A stretch of 64,000 nucleotides of DNA from a virus: positions 1 through 64,000 of IMG/VR virus record IMGVR_UViG_3300025696_000001. One strand, 5' to 3'. Positions 63,606 to 64,000 of the stretch are shown here, one piece after another. The first letter of the stretch is position 1. Each line of letters opens with the position of its first letter. The notes under the pieces are model-generated. The model did no database searches. It saw only the letters and a list, made by a program, of their open reading frames with translations, and was not told the DNA's origin. The position numbers were made by a program, and so were the translations under genes.

Positions 63606-64000
63606 TATTTATTTTCAATTACGTTAATAATTTTATTTACTTCTCTTAAATAATAATCATAATTAATATTATAATTATCTTTTTCTTCAAATTTATTAAA
63701 TACTATTGCATCATAACCAGCTTCTATACTTGATTCTCTATCACCTTCATCAACTTCATTAAATATGTTGATCTGATAGGTTGGTGTTTTATCTGGTAAT
63801 GGTGGTAATTGTTTAACAAGCATATCACCATCTTCTGATATATAATATCTTGTTACTTTACCTAATTTATGATCTTCAGGCTGATAGTCTTTTACAACTC
63901 TTCTAATTAACTTGTTTTGACCTGTCATTTTTACACCAAGACAAAAATCATGTATTCCATAATTTTTTGCAAAAGTATAATCACCATTTTTTAAATGTTC
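63605..64000 (-). CDS. 3' end of a window-truncated gene, possibly a family B DNA polymerase C-terminus
   Basis: The frame stays open upstream of the track Met (63928) to the window edge. The INYDYYLREVNKII tail resembles the PolB C-terminal iD..YY...Q motif. Weak call. Confidence 0.35.
   Translation of the reverse strand, partial: EHLKNGDYTFAKNYGIHDFCLGVKMTGQNKLIRRVVKDYQPEDHKLGKVTRYYISEDGDMLVKQLPPLPDKTPTYQINIFNEVDEGDRESSIEAGYDAIVFNKFEEKDNYNINYDYYLREVNKIINVIENK

Noticed and set aside
1-64000. A search for tRNA (especially a UCA-anticodon suppressor), rRNA, CRISPR arrays, long tandem repeats or terminal repeats.
   Set aside because: I found no cloverleaf-compatible GC-rich segment. The one GGTTCGATACC-like string, near 38675, lies inside nrdA and has no pairing arms. 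There are no repeat-spacer arrays. The only low-complexity repeat is the coding K/E-rich stretch at about 18.45-18.65 kb. A by-eye scan can miss divergent tRNAs, so tRNAscan-SE or ARAGORN should be run.

Overview
AT-rich (by eye about 70% A+T) dsDNA phage fragment with the gene order of a crAss-like (Crassvirales-type) podovirus. Two convergent blocks meet at a bidirectional terminator at about 32.46-32.50 kb.
Plus strand, 1-32.4 kb: end of a fibre/adhesin gene, a cupin, a lysis cassette with an M15 endolysin, free-standing GIY-YIG and HNH endonucleases, a DEDD exonuclease, then tail and ejected 'cargo' giants. These include a 2421-aa virion RNA polymerase with a DFDID loop.
Minus strand, 32.5-64 kb: nucleotide metabolism and replication genes. 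These are class I RNR alpha and beta, several MazG-like proteins, an SF2 helicase, a HAD phosphatase, a PD-(D/E)XK nuclease, a RusA-like resolvase, UDG, primase, SSB-like protein, Sak4-like ATPase, ThyA, a DnaB-like helicase and the C-terminus of a PolB-like gene. A 7.7-kb amidoligase / GATase / ATP-grasp / GGCT cluster also sits here.
Main non-obvious results:
(1) TGA is read as a sense codon, almost certainly Trp, at 12 firm in-frame positions. All lie in two patches of the minus-strand block. The 32-kb structural block and the 44-55 kb segment contain none, and no gene ends in TGA.
(2) thyA is interrupted, at what I recall as the T4 td position, by a T4-type group I intron. It carries a GIY-YIG endonuclease plus a second ORF.
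(3) The DnaB-like helicase is split inside its Walker A motif by a 2.67-kb group I intron that carries three ORFs with no recognisable homing-endonuclease motifs.
(4) The multi-ligase amide-bond cluster sits inside the DNA-metabolism module and has no assignable product.
No tRNA, rRNA or CRISPR array was found.
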